Source: Octopus sinensis
Lineage: Eukaryota
Reading direction: 5' to 3'
NCBI RefSeq assembly: GCF_006345805.1
Contig: NC_042998.1
Location: forward strand, 143,096,001 to 143,160,000
Length of the DNA: 64,000 bases
In this document: positions 37,746-51,690 of the stretch, in pieces
How the letters are laid out: each line of letters opens with the position of its first letter
Numbering within the stretch: the stretch's first letter is position 1
Translations under genes and position numbers: made by a program
The notes under the pieces: generated by a model
The model's database searches: none
Told to the model about the DNA's origin: nothing
What the model saw: the letters and a program-made list of their open reading frames with translations, nothing else

Positions 37746-40003
37746 TAAGTAACAATTGAAGGAGGAGGAGTAGCAATATCCAAGGAAATATTATCTAACT
37801 TTTTTTAACAAAATATTAAAAAATGTTAATAAAACTGTCATTACACAAATAGTTTCTCAAATTTGTAAAGAATTCTTTAAATTGTAATTTACCAAAGAAA
37901 ATATCCAAACGGAATCATAAACAATAGAATAACAACAAAAGCTACAAAGAATTGGTAATATTATTAACCACTATAGAAGGCATTCCTTTTTGTTTGTCTC
38001 TAATGCTCTCAGAACAAATAGTATATTTTTTTATCAATTCTTCCATTAATATTTTTTGTTTTGTTTTTAATATTGATTATTATTTTTTTTGTTTTGTCTC
38101 TTCATTATTTAAAAAAATAATTAGTTTTGTTTTTTTAACGAAATGACATCATCTAAATCCAATTCATACATATAATATGGAGGCAGTGGTGATGGTGGTG
38201 ACGGTGGCTCATATTTCAGAATAGGAGTAAAAATAATAAAATAAATAAAATAAAATTCCAGAAATTTCTTTTTGAATATGTCATGTCTTTTTATTTATTT
38301 TTTAATCTTTTATTTAGGAAAGAACACAATGCTCTTGACTCTTTGCAGAGCCTCCAAGAGTTGTTAGGGGTAAGGTGGGGAGGCAGAGAGTGAAGAATGT
38401 ATCCTTAAACTTCTCAGGGCATCAACTGACATAAGTTTCAATGTCTAGCAGCTGACTTGGTAGAAGCACAGAAGATTATCCACCATCTTTCCAACAAGAA
38501 TTTTGGCCACCATTTTTTGTTTTTAATTCATTATCTCGGTCATTTGTGAGGTTGTGGGTTTGCAGAGCTCTTAGTATGCCAGACAAAATTCTTAGTGTCA
38601 TTTTTGTCTGTCTTTACATTTTAAGTTCAAATTCCTTTTACATAGTCTATAAAATAAGTACCAGTTGAGCACTAGTGTTGATGAAATCAACTAATCCCCT
38701 CCCCTGAAATTGCTGGCCTTGTGTCAAAATCTGAAACCAATATCTTTACCATTTGTGAGATGGCGAGCTGGCAGAAGTATTAGCATGCTCAGCCGCCTTT
38801 TGCCCATCCTCTCTGATAGGGGCACAAGAACTTACACACACGATAGTAAATTCTACCTACCAAATTCAATCACAAGGCTCCAGTCGGCTGCACCTGAAGC
38901 CAGTGGCTGGGAAGTAAATTTCCTAACCACACAGCCATGAGTTCAAATTCTGCCAAAGTCAACTTTGCCTTTTATCCTTTCAGGGTCAATAAAATAAGTA
39001 CCAGTTTGAGTACTGGGGTTGATGTAATTAACTTTAATCCTTCTCCAAAACTATTAGCCTTGTGCTGAAATTTGAAACCAATATCTCTACTATTCATGAA
39101 CATGCTTATAAATTCAAAAAACAGGAAAGCACTCATAATTTTCAGAAACATTTTTTTACTCTCAGAATTGTCAAAACATGGAATATTCTTGTAAGCTGTT
39201 AGAACACTGAATCTTTCAAAGAAATTCCATATTCTCTGAAATTCACCAATTCTACTCCTGATGTGCTTATGTAGCCTTTCCTTTTTATGATTCCCATAAC
39301 ATCCCCTTTTCTGTCTTTTTGTATTCTATTCTGTGCACTATGCATGTACTTTTAGCTTTCATTGCTGTCTTTCTTTAGTTGACATATATCTCTGCTCTCT
39401 GTCCCCTCTTTTACTCTTTTTTGATATATGATAGTACACCTCAGCACTATGCTGTATGCAGTGGTGTTCAATTCAGTCCCAAAGCTAGGTGCTAAACCCT
39501 CCAAAATCTTACAGACAGACACACACACACACACACAGGTGTATATACATCATCATCGTTTTAACATCCACTTTTCCATACTTGTATGATCTGGAGTTTA
39601 TTTAGGCAGATTTTCTATGGCCAGTTGCCCCTCATGTTACTAACCTCTGCCTGTTTCCAAGGTAATATTTCTGTGTGGGCATACATGCTTTTACAGTATA
39701 TTGGAAATCAAATGAGATTGCTTGTATGAGTTGTATGAGTTGTATTTACAACTATCATGCAATGGTAAGAGGAAACACACACACACATACACACACACAC
39801 ACATACAAAAATACATACATACATACATACATACATAAAAACGATAGGCTTCTTTCTGTTCCCCTCCACCAAATCAAGGCTTTGGTTGGCTTGGAGTAGA
39901 AGACACTTGTCCAAGGTGCTACACAATGGGATTGAACTTTAAACAATGCAGTTGGGAAGCAAACTTCTTAGCCACACATCTATATATACATATATATGTA
40001 TAT

Positions 40004-40175
40004 ATATTATTAATACACAACTATGAGAGAGAATCCACATAGTGGATTCTCTCTCATAGTTGTGTATTAATAATATTTACTGAATCTCAGTTTTTTATAT
40101 GCTAGGCCACTGGTGTTTAAACTGATGTTATTAAATTAATATCCAATTTTTTCACCCTCTTTTTGACTTTAATTA
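40004..40175. repeat. fold-back element A: perfect 35-bp inverted repeat plus tail in (TA)n
   Basis: 40004-40038 is the exact reverse complement of 40042-40076 (3-nt loop). Confidence 0.9.
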
Positions 40176-40475
40176 TATGTATGTATATATATATATATAT
40201 ATATCATCATCATCATCATCGTTTAACGTCCGCTTTCCATTCTAGCATGCGTTGGACAATTTGACTGAGGACTGGTGAACCAGATTGCTGCACCAGGCTC
40301 CAATCTGATCTGACAGAGTTTCTACAGCTGGATGCCCTTTCTAATGCCAACCACTCCGAGAGTGTAGTGGGTGCTTTTACATGCCACCAGCATGGAAGCC
40401 AGTCAGCTATTCTGGCAGTGATGGTGCTCTTAGCGCTCCACTGGCACGGATGCCAGTCATCGAATTTGCGAATTT

Positions 40476-40853
40476 GTATCAGTTAAAGTAGTGAGGAAGG
40501 CAAGCGATTAGTCAAAGCAGGACTAGGGCGTTTAAATTCATTTAATTCAATCTAAAAATAGTAAAATAATACAAAACTGGTGAAGATAGTAGAGACTATC
40601 TATACTATCTTTACCAGTTTTGTATTATTTTACTGATTTTAGATTGAATAAAATGAATTGAAATGCCATAGTCCTGCCTTGGCTAATTGCTTCCCTTCCT
40701 CACTACTTTAACTGATACGTACTGGTTCAAAAGTAAATTACCAACTGCCTGCTGCTGGTCTAACTGGAATTTTGGAGCGTTACCCATTGGAGCGAGCACT
40801 CAGAAGACATACCTATTTGTTTGGGTTACCTTGACCTAAACTCCTCATATCTT
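40476..40853. repeat. fold-back element B: ~120-bp diverged inverted repeat plus tail
   Basis: GTATCAGTTAAAGTAGTGAGGAAGG... (40476) pairs with ...CCTTCCTCACTACTTTAACTGATAC (40718); centre ~40597. Confidence 0.9.
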
Positions 40854-40854
40854 G

Positions 40855-40858
40855 TATG

Positions 40859-40889
<31 letters not shown>

Positions 40890-41865
40890 TATGTTTCTGC
40901 ATGTGTTTTTGTGTTAGTATTTGTTCTCCTTACCGTTTGACAACTGGAGTTGGTTTGTTTATGTACCCGTAACCTAGCGGTTCAGTAAAAGAACCAAACT
41001 TTTAAAATAATTTACTAGTGTCGATTTGTTCGACTAAACCTCCGTAAGACGATGCCCCTGCATAGCCGCAATCCAATGACTGAAACAAATAAAAAGCAAA
41101 TAAAAAAGCCTGAAACTTTGGAGGAAGGGACTAGTCGATTACATCGAACCCACTGCTCAAGTTGCACTTATTTTAACGACCCCGAAAGGATGAAAGTCAA
41201 AGTCGACCTCGGCCGAATTAGAACACTGAACGGAATGCTGCTAAGTATTTCGTCCTGCAAAAAGAAATTAGTTGCCAACTTGTAGTTGCCATTTTGTTAT
41301 CTCCCTTGCATCGAGAGATGTCAGAACAAAAAAATAGAAAACGACAGGAAAAATATTTCTGAGTAAATTCTTTTATTCGGACTAGATACAAAATTAATTT
41401 TTAAAAAATCAACTCTTATAAAAGTTTATTAACTCAACCTAAGCTAGTTATTTTGGGAGGATTTGGGGATAGCTATCCTTCGAAGTTCCACATTTCATGG
41501 GAAAGGAACGGGGTAGATTTTTTTTTTCTGTTTTATACTATGAAACTTATGGTTTATCATATATCCCTTTTACTTGTTTCAGGCATTGGTTTTCAGCCAT
41601 GCTGGAGCACCGCTTTGAACGGTTTCAGTCGAACAAATCGAGCCCAGTACTTATGTTTTAAGTCAGTAACTTACTTTGTCGAAGTTTTTTGACGAACCAC
41701 AAAGTTACGGGAAAGTAGGCGTGGCTGTATGGTAAGGAGCTTGATTACCAATCACATGGTTTCTGGTTCAGTTTCACTGCGTGGCAAGCATCTTCTACTA
41801 TAGCCTCGGGCCGACTAAAGCTTTGTGCGTGGATTTGGTTGACGGAAACTGAAAGAAGCACGTCG

Positions 41866-41896
<31 letters not shown>

Positions 41897-43350
41897 AAAG
41901 GGCTTAGTAAAATAAATTACTTTGCCGCATTATATATAATTACTTTGCGGCAAAGTAATTTATTTTACTAAGCCCTTTTATATAATGTAATAATTTGAAT
42001 TCGCCTTGAATGGTCCCTTTGCATACTGAACACTTGGTGAAATGATTAATAATTAATTAATTTTGCCCTCAATTGTTGGAATATATATATATATATATAT
42101 TATGTATGTATGTATATGTATATATGTGTGTGTGTGTGTGTTATGTTTCTGCATGTGTTTTTGTGTTAGTATTTGTTCTCCTTACCGTTTGACAACTGGA
42201 GTTGGTTTGTTTATGTACCCGTAACCTAGCGGTTCAGTAAAAGAACCAAACTTTTAAAATAATTTACTAGTGTCGATTTGTTCGACTAAACCTCCGTAAG
42301 ACGATGCCCCTGCATAGCCGCAATCCAATGACTGAAACAAATAAAAAGCAAATAAAAAAGCCTGAAACTTTGGAGGAAGGGACTAGTCGATTACATCGAA
42401 CCCACTGCTCAAGTTGCACTTATTTTAACGACCCCGAAAGGATGAAAGTCAAAGTCGACCTCGGCCGAATTAGAACACTGAACGGAATGCTGCTAAGTAT
42501 TTCGTCCTGCAAAAAGAAATTAGTTGCCAACTTGTAGTTGCCATTTTGTTATCTCCCTTGCATCGAGAGATGTCAGAACAAAAAAATAGAAAACGACAGG
42601 AAAAATATTCTGAGTAAATTCTTTTATTCGGACTAGATACAAAATTAATTTTAAAAAATCAACTCTTATAAAAGTTTAGTAACTCAACCTAAGCTAGTTA
42701 TTTTGGGAGGATTTGGGGATAGCTATCCTTCGAAGTTCCACATTTCATGGGAAAGGAACGGGGTAGATTTTTTTTCTGTTTTATACTATGAAACTTATGG
42801 TTTATCATATATCCCTTTTACTTGTTTCAGGCATTGGTTTTCAGCCATGCTGGAGCACCGCTTTGAACGGTTTCAGTCGAACAAATCGAGCCCAGTACTT
42901 ATGTTTTAAGTCAGTAACTTACTTTGTCGAAGTTTTTTGACGAACCACAAAGTTACGGGAAAGTAGGCGTGGCTGTATGGTAAGGAGCTTGATTACCAAT
43001 CACATGGTTTCTGGTTCAGTTTCACTGCGTGGCAAGCATCTTCTACTATAGCCTCGGGCCGACTAAAGTCTTGTGCGTGGATTTGGTTGACGGAAACTGA
43101 AAGAAGCACGTCGTATATATATATATATATATATTATATAAAAGGGCTTAGTAAAATAAATTACTTTGCCGCATTATATATAATTACTTTGCGGCAAAGT
43201 AATTTATTTTACTAAGCCCTTTTATATAATGTAATAATTTGAATTCGCCTTGAATGGTCCCTTTGCATACTGAACACTTGGTGAAATTGATTAATAATTA
43301 ATTAATTTTGCCCTCAATTGTTGGAATATATATATATATATATTATGTAT
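40855..43350. repeat. near-identical tandem duplication, unit ~1252 bp
   Basis: Identical 77-aa spurious ORFs at 41052 and 42304 (offset 1252). The units differ by a handful of indels and substitutions. Confidence 0.95.
41889..42082. repeat. fold-back element C: perfect 41-bp inverted repeat plus tail in (TA)n (second copy ~43132-43327)
   Basis: 41889-41929 is the reverse complement of 41946-41986. Confidence 0.9.
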
Positions 43351-43848
43351 GTATGTATATGTATATATGTGTGTGTGTTTGTGTGTGTGTGTCTTTGTGC
43401 CTGTGTTTGTCCCCCACCATCGCTTGATAACCGATGTAGGTGTGTTTACGTTTCCGCAACTTAGCGGTTGACAAAACAACCGATAGAATAAGAACCAGAC
43501 TTACAAAGAATAAGTCCTGGGGTCAAATGACTGAAAAGAATAAAAGAAAAAAAAGAATAAACTGATACCGGTTGGCAAGTGGTGGTGGAAAACAAATATA
43601 ACACACACACAGGGAAATCAGCTGCCCTCTGGACACAGATTTGGTTAGAAAATACAAGAGAAAGAGTTTGCAAATCCAGTACACGAGACAAACTTTCAGC
43701 TTCATATCTTTTATTATTGGAGCAACAGGATACATTCCAATCCGTCTAGAATAGTATATGACTGAACTTGGAATTTTGGGGAAGGATGTGTAAATCCTTA
43801 GCTCATATGTTACAAATGATCATGATAACTGAAACTATAAAAATTTGT

Positions 43849-44039
43849 TGTGTCTGGGAGAGTCATTTTCTTTTTGTGCCTTATAATTTAACACACTCAC
43901 CGGTAAAATTTCCACTTCTTTCTTTTTTTTTTTTCCTAAAATTTTCGTTGCGTCTTGCAACCTTTTCAATAGTGGAAATTTTACCGGTGAGTGTGTTAAA
44001 ATATAAGGCACAAAAAGAAAATGACTCTCCCCAAACACA
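43849..44039. mobile_element. MITE-like inverted repeat (~68-bp arms)
   Basis: 43849-43916 pairs with 43971-44039. The outer arm sequence resembles dispersed repeats at ~1030-1110, 50278-50620 and 51205-51300. Confidence 0.7.
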
Positions 44040-44213
44040 TCAGAATATGCTTCAACACACGAACTCACATAAAGAATCTTGCAAACCAAATCCAAAAACG
44101 AAATATAAAAATCTGGAAGACCTTCTTAAGATTTAAAGGATGATGGTTAAAACAAGATACATCCCTTCACAACACACACAAACACACACGCGCGCGCGTG
44201 CATGCATATATAC

Positions 44214-44244
<31 letters not shown>

Positions 44245-45168
44245 TGTATGTTGTATGTATGTATGTATGTATGTATGTATGCATGCATGCATATATGTAT
44301 GTATGTGTGTATATGCATGCATGTATGTATGTATGTATGTATGTATGTATGTATGTATGTATGTGTGTGTGTGTGTATGTATGTACATACTTATATGCAT
44401 ACACGATAAGCTTCTTTCATTTCCTGTCTACCAGATCTATTCACAAAGTTTTGGTCAATTAAGGTCTCTAGTAGAAGATACTGCTATGCAGTGGATATGA
44501 ACACAGGACCACTTGGATATGAACACAGGACCACGCCCGCACCAATACAAAAAAAGAAATTTAAATTTTTACGTTTTGCACCTGCGTCCCTCACTTTTTT
44601 GTAAATAGGCTTTTAGAGCAGAGATAGAAAAGACAAGAGAGACACAGAATTGCTCTGCTGCAAATCAGATACTGGAGTGTGTCCGTTAATGATGCAATGC
44701 CAATCAGTTTGGAGGAAAGGCTTTTGGAGTCTTATAGTCAATTGATCTGGAACATGTTACAAACCTTAACAACCACACTGTCAGGGTTGACTGTACACAC
44801 ACACACAAACACACACACACACACACACACCACACACACACACAGAGAAAAGGCACACGACTTAACTCTTTGAATAGAGGGATAAAACACTTATCAGTTT
44901 TGTTGTTTATATTAAATAGTCGATGACGTGAGTCAGAGCTTGTGGCATTGAACTACGTTTATCAGTCAACAATATCAGTGAATACAGTTCATTGAGTACA
45001 TGGAAGGTACATTTTGTATGTCTGTGAACGCATATAGGTGTATGTGTGTATATGTGTGTATGTATGTACGTGTGTATATGTGTATGTATGTGTGTGTGTA
45101 TGTATATATATATTTTGCCAACTTTGGACATACGACAGTTTAACATAATAACAACGATATATATATAT

Positions 45169-45644
<476 letters not shown>

Positions 45645-46838
45645 AGGGGTGTGGCAAAATGAAGTGTTTTTACTGTATTTTTGACTTTGAGACAAAATAT
45701 ATATTTTTACAAATGTTTCACTACCTTACAAAAACTATATCAGCTAAGCAAATGTTTTTTTTTCCCTAAATGTAATCAAATGCATTATGATATAATCTGA
45801 TTAGTATTTCAGAAAATTATTGCCGTTCTCTTTGAGCATATAAAAGACAAATTTGGCTGGGGCAAAATGAGTAAGCCAAGATAGGTAAATTTACCGCTTC
45901 AGTTCTCCAGAAAACAAACTGATACACATTAATATCCATCCCTAAACATCACAGAGATCAGAAATGTCAAAAAAGAATTTGAAGTATCTAGTTAAAATTT
46001 TCAGTATCTAGAAACAGGATCAGGAGCGAATGGCAAATGGTATGAAATCAACGAATCTCGACTAAATAAAAAGAAAAAAACTCAACATAAAATATTCTGT
46101 ATAGCTTCTTCACGATCTGCTGGAGTGGCTTTCTTCCTCACATATTTATGCACCATACAGTTAAAGAGAAGAAATTATTGAAATTAGACATTACCCATTT
46201 TAGTCCATTTTAGATTTAATTTTTCGAAACTTAAAAATTATCAAATTAGACATTAGTGTGGGGGAAAATTGACTTGGAATCCAACAGAGAAAAGAATGTT
46301 GATACTTAAGCACCAAAAATTATCCAGATATTTTATTAACAATTTCAATTACAATCAGGTCAGAGTTGAGGAAAAATTTCTTGAAAAAAGATTTGCCGCC
46401 TGACTATGTTTCGAACTCTTTCAACTTCAACAACAACTGTACTGACCAATTTTTACTCTTGAAGATGGTGCAACAGTACATAATAATCCTTTTTACTCTA
46501 GGAAGAGTGCCAGAGATTGGGGGGGGGGCAGTGGATTAGATCGACCCCAGTACGCAATTGGTACTTAATTTATCGACCCTGAAAGGATGAAAAGCAAAGT
46601 CGACATCGAAACAGTACAAAATAATAATACAATACTTGCAAAGTAATGATTTCAAACAGGTAGGGAGAAAATAAAGAGAAATCAAAAGTAACTCATTTTG
46701 CCCCTTTTACTAATTTTGTCCCCACTACACAAAGAGATATTATATACATATATATGTTTCTGTGTGTATATGGGTGTGTGTATACATGCATATATAATAT
46801 ACATATATGCGTATGTATACATGTACACACACACATAT

Positions 46839-46888
<50 letters not shown>

Positions 46889-46916
46889 ATAATATATATA
46901 TATATATATACATACA

Positions 46917-46953
<37 letters not shown>

Positions 46954-47020
46954 GCATATATATATATATATCTATATATATATATATATATATAATATAT
47001 ATATATATATATTATATATA

Positions 47021-47476
47021 GAGGGCATTATACATACATGCCAGATGGCATTATACATACATGCCACACGCTAAGAGGGACAATTAGTCATTTCTACCAA
47101 AAATATTACTAATCCCACCGAATGCAATTTTTCAAAGTAAGACATTTAAAAAATATAGACCTGTATCACAGTGATTTCATACTTACGTATTCCACTGTGA
47201 TACAGGTCTATATTTTTTAAATGTCTTACTTTGAAAAATTGCATTCGGTGGGATTAGTAATATTTTTGGTAGAAATGACTAATTGTCCCTCTTAGCGTGT
47301 GGCATGTATGTATAATGCCCTCTGGCATGTATGTATAATGCCCTCTATATATAAATTAATATGTTCAATAAGAAATAATTATTTTCGAAATTTATTCTCT
47401 TATGAGGTTTTCACGCTTTCTACCTGACAATTTCTTGTTAAGTTTTCCTTATTAAGTAGTTGTCCTTAATTGCTAA
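47021..47476. repeat. fold-back element D: 153-bp near-perfect inverted repeat plus tail in (TA)n
   Basis: 47021-47173 pairs with 47193-47345 with one mismatch seen. Long (TA)n on both sides. Confidence 0.93.
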
Positions 47477-47599
47477 ATATATATATATATATATACACAC
47501 ATATATATATATATATTATATATATATATATATAATATATATATATATATATAATATATATATATATATGCACACAAAAATGGCAATATGATAAGGGTT

Positions 47600-48459
47600 A
47601 GAACGAGTAACCGTACAGAATAGTCCGTCGCGCGAGTCAACAAGGGATGCGTTTAGACATTGAGAAGAGGGGTCCATACGAAAAATATATTTCAGATTCC
47701 ACCTACTGCCGGTTCCACCAGCAATAAAGCCTGCGACTTATTCTGGGAGGCGTGTAGTGGAAGTACAAAAACGATCCCTGTTTCAGGGCCCGAAAGCGGA
47801 ACAAGGAGGAGACAACGGTTAAAGATTATGGAATTGGAATGTCATAACTCACGAGCAAAGAGCAAGAACAAGTGGAGGAGGCCAAACACTTTCGCCTAGA
47901 TATAATTGGTGCCTCCTCTACAAAGTTCCACGGTCTTGGTATTGAAGATCCGAGTGGAGGGTGGAAACTCCACTTATTCAGTTGTGGTACTAACTATGTC
48001 TGCACAAGTGGTAGTGGGGATTCTCACAAACCTCCGGCTGTCAGATTGTGTTATGAAGTGGATCCTACTAGATGGAGGGGTTTGCCTCCTAAAGTTTAAG
48101 CTGAAGGAAGGACCAGGCAGAAAGAAAAAAAAGAAGGAGAAGTGGGGAAAGCTACATCCGAACATAATAGACTAGAAAAGAATAAATCCATCTGGCTTCA
48201 CGTCCAGGTTGGGACAATTTGATTCCAGCAAGCTCCGACCCAAACAATAACATGTCCACTTTAACTACATTGTAATGCAACTTTGTACTGTGTTTGTGCG
48301 TATATCCTTGGACCGCCACCCACTAGCCAAACTGTCTGAACGACTTCTTTTTTTCCTTCCTTTATTTTTTTCTTTTAAACATATTCACGTATGGCACATT
48401 CATATCTTTATTCCTATTTTGGGCGCGCACGCACACACAGACACACACACAGACACACA

Positions 48460-48522
<63 letters not shown>

Positions 48523-48930
48523 ATATATGGACGGGTTCCACGATGCGATTGTCTAAGAGACAAAAGGGTAAAATTGGGGAGGATTTCGTGTTGTCCCTCT
48601 CTCTTCATTGATCCCTCACTTTTTTTTCTTTTTCGCACATTTTCATTTTTTCTTTTTTTTTCTTCTTTTCACCTATTTCTGCACCAAACAGTGAGGTCAA
48701 AATCAAATCCTTCCTTGATGATGTCACTGCAGCTTTAGATGTAGCTAAGACGAGTCATTTGTTCTACAAAGCGACTTCAAAGCTTTTGTTGGCTGTGATC
48801 TTTTGACTTGGAATGAAATGATTGTGAGGAATGGAAACTCTGAACGAAGTGGCTTTACTAGATTTTTGTGCTGGAAATATGCTTTTTATTACGAATACTT
48901 TTTCCAACATAGGGATATCCATAAGTATAC
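47600..48930 (+). mobile_element. degenerate 5' end of a second RTE family (Expander/Rex3-like APE endonuclease), split in two
   Basis: 47830-48110: WNV..., EEAKHFRLDIIGASSTK, GGWKL, AQVVVGILT..RL..CV..WI.LDG.VC.LK. 48730-48930: LLDFCAGN.L.ITNTFFQHRDIHKYT. Unrelated DNA lies between the two parts. Confidence 0.8.
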
Positions 48931-48962
48931 CACCACCACCACCACCACCGCCGCCGCTGCTG

Positions 48963-49026
<64 letters not shown>

Positions 49027-49964
49027 CATCACTTGACAATCGATGTTGGTCTGTAACTTACCGGTTTGGTTAAGAGAATGATAGCTTAAGTACCACATTA
49101 AAAAACAAAGTAGTAGTGTCGATTTGTTCAAAACCCTTCTAGGCAGTACCCCTGCATGGTCGCAGTCTTATAAGTGAAACAAGTAAAAGATAAAATATGA
49201 AAGAAATTTATTTTATTGGTTATCAAAAGAAAGGCGATGACAAAGTAAAATTTCAAACTTGATAATGAAAAGAACATGATGTTTTACTTTCCGTCTGTTT
49301 GATAACAGGAATGACATGTCTGATCCAGTGTCGCTGAAAAGGTTGAATTTTTTAAGAATCGGAGCTAAAAGAATGGGAAAGATGAAAAGTTGGCATTCTT
49401 TGGTTTTATGGATATATAACTGCGCGTTGGATAACGAAATCAAAACGATGAGGACAATACAAAAATAGTCTTGATTACCCCGAGTAAGTAAAATGAATCA
49501 GTAAATGCTTAAAAGACATTCTCACAGCTCCGCCAATCCATCGCTTTGGATTTGGTACTTTTTTTTATCGGCCCCGAAATGATGAAAGGCAAATTTGACC
49601 TTGGCAAGATTTGAACTTGGAGCGCAGAGAGATGGAACAGATACCTCAAGGCATTATATCCGACGCACTAACACTTCTGCCAATTCCTTTATAAAGCTGT
49701 GACTGACATAGAATGTTGCACCTCTCTTTAGAACTTTCTGCATCTCTCTGGAAATCTCTGCATCTCTCATAGAACTTCATCTTTCTGCATTTGCTTGGAA
49801 CTCTTTGCATCTTTCAAAGAGCTGTTTCCAGGTATCACCAAGAGGAATTTAGCAAAGTACAATCCCTCGACTTATAAGCTTTGGATATATCTCTCTCGAA
49901 CTTTCTGCACACGCAACCGCCCATCATGCAACAATTAAAACAAGAAAGGCTGCACTAATCTTGT

Positions 49965-50162
49965 TTTCAAATTTTGGTACAAGGCCAGCAATTTCGAAGG
50001 AGGGGGTCTAGTCGATTACATTGACTCCAGTGTTCAACTGGTACTTATTTTATCGACCCCGAAAGGATGAAAGGCCAAGTCGAACTCGACAGAATTCGAA
50101 CCCAGAAATGCCGCTAAGCATTTTGCCCGATGTGCTAACGATTCTGCCGGCTCACCGCCTTA
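49965..50162 (-). mobile_element. Meta-domain-like SINE, well-preserved copy
   Basis: Same family as 1123-1351 and the 36.5-kb array. Other copies near 8645-8812, 25375-25590, 38545-39080 and 58575-58770. Confidence 0.85.
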
Positions 50163-51659
50163 AAAGTCTGCATTAATCTTAACCAGTGTTTTTTCTGTAT
50201 CCCTCACATAAAAAAATATATATGTGAAAAAATTATGGACACTATGCTTCTTTTTTCACACTAACGAATAAACATTCGGTTGTATCTCGGGAGGGTTATT
50301 ATGCTAACAGTAAACACATGCATTTGTATATTATCGTTGGTGTCAAAATGTCCTAATTTCCATTTAATCTGAGTGACTTTTTTTTTTTTTACAATTTCAG
50401 ACAGACAATTAATGTTACTGATCTTAAATATGGCTTAGTGGCATATTTTGGTGGTAAATTAAGGACAGATATTTCGTTTGTATCTAATTGTACTGCACCA
50501 TCTTTCCTGGAGGTGTTGTTCGTCTGTGCATCTGTGTTAATGGCCCTCCCGAGATACAACAAACTACGTTTCAACACACGAGTTCGTATCAAGAATCTTG
50601 CAAACCAAATACAAAAATTAATGCATATTCTCTTGCTATGAATTAACAAACTAATCAGAAAATTCAATTTAATTTATAATTATACTGCTTTACATGCCTT
50701 GCAAGTTAATTGTGAAGCAAGATATGAGGAATATGGATAGTTTAAAACCTTATCGATTCGGCCATTTACGTCACTTCATGACAACTTCTAATTCATTTTC
50801 CACAGGAGGAATTGTTTCTAGTGTAATCATAAGGCTTCAAGTTTTGGTGAGAGGATGGGGTTAATCGATACCACCGGTCCCTGTATTTGACTGGTAATTT
50901 ATTTTATTGATCTTGAAAGGGAGAGTTGACCTCGGCGAAGTTTTCCACAACATCATTGATATTTGAGGAAAGTAGTTCCAATTTGGAATTGGAATCAAGA
51001 TGGAAAGAATATTAGATAGACGAGCAGATTTAGAAAAAAAAAAAAAATGAAGGGAAGTGGGAGAGAGAAAGAGAGTAAAGTACGAGAAAAATGATGGGGG
51101 AGAACATGGAATATATAAAAACAAAGAGAAAGAAGAAAAAAATTGGGATAGATATAAAGAAAAGAGACAAACATAAGAGGTAAAATAACTAAACAAGAAA
51201 ACTTGTTTCGTTTTTGTATTTGCAAGATTCTTGATTTGAACTGGTAGGTTGAAACATATTTTTTTTGTATCTCGGGAGCGTCATTATGTCAATAACAAAC
51301 AAAAAGATTTGAAGCAGATCTGGGTTAGAACAGGTGTGACATTGATGGGGCCGTGAATGGCAACGAGAGGACTTTGACAAACAGATGATTGATTGATTGA
51401 CCGAATGATTGATAAAACAATCGATTAGTTAATTGGCTAAATGTTTGACCAATTGACTAATATAAAAAAATATAAAGAAGTGACATAGAACGAGTGCGTG
51501 TGTTTACTATTGACATAAAGACCCTTCCAATATACAACAAAAAAAACTTGTTACGAACGAGAAAAATCCTTAGAGAAAAGTTAGCTTGACAGAAAAAAAG
51601 TGAAAAAGAGAGTGTGTTTGTGTTAGAGAGAAGGAGAAAAACAGATACATAGAGAGATA

Positions 51660-51690
<31 letters not shown>

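Noticed and set aside
48764-49131. Poly-S/G, poly-T, poly-L and poly-V ORFs
   Set aside because: Frames through a (CAC)n(CTA)n trinucleotide run adjoining an RTE relic.
49715-49830. ~20-bp degenerate repeat (CTCTGCATCTCTC..GAA)
   Set aside because: Short low-complexity decay with about five units; no further structure or context.
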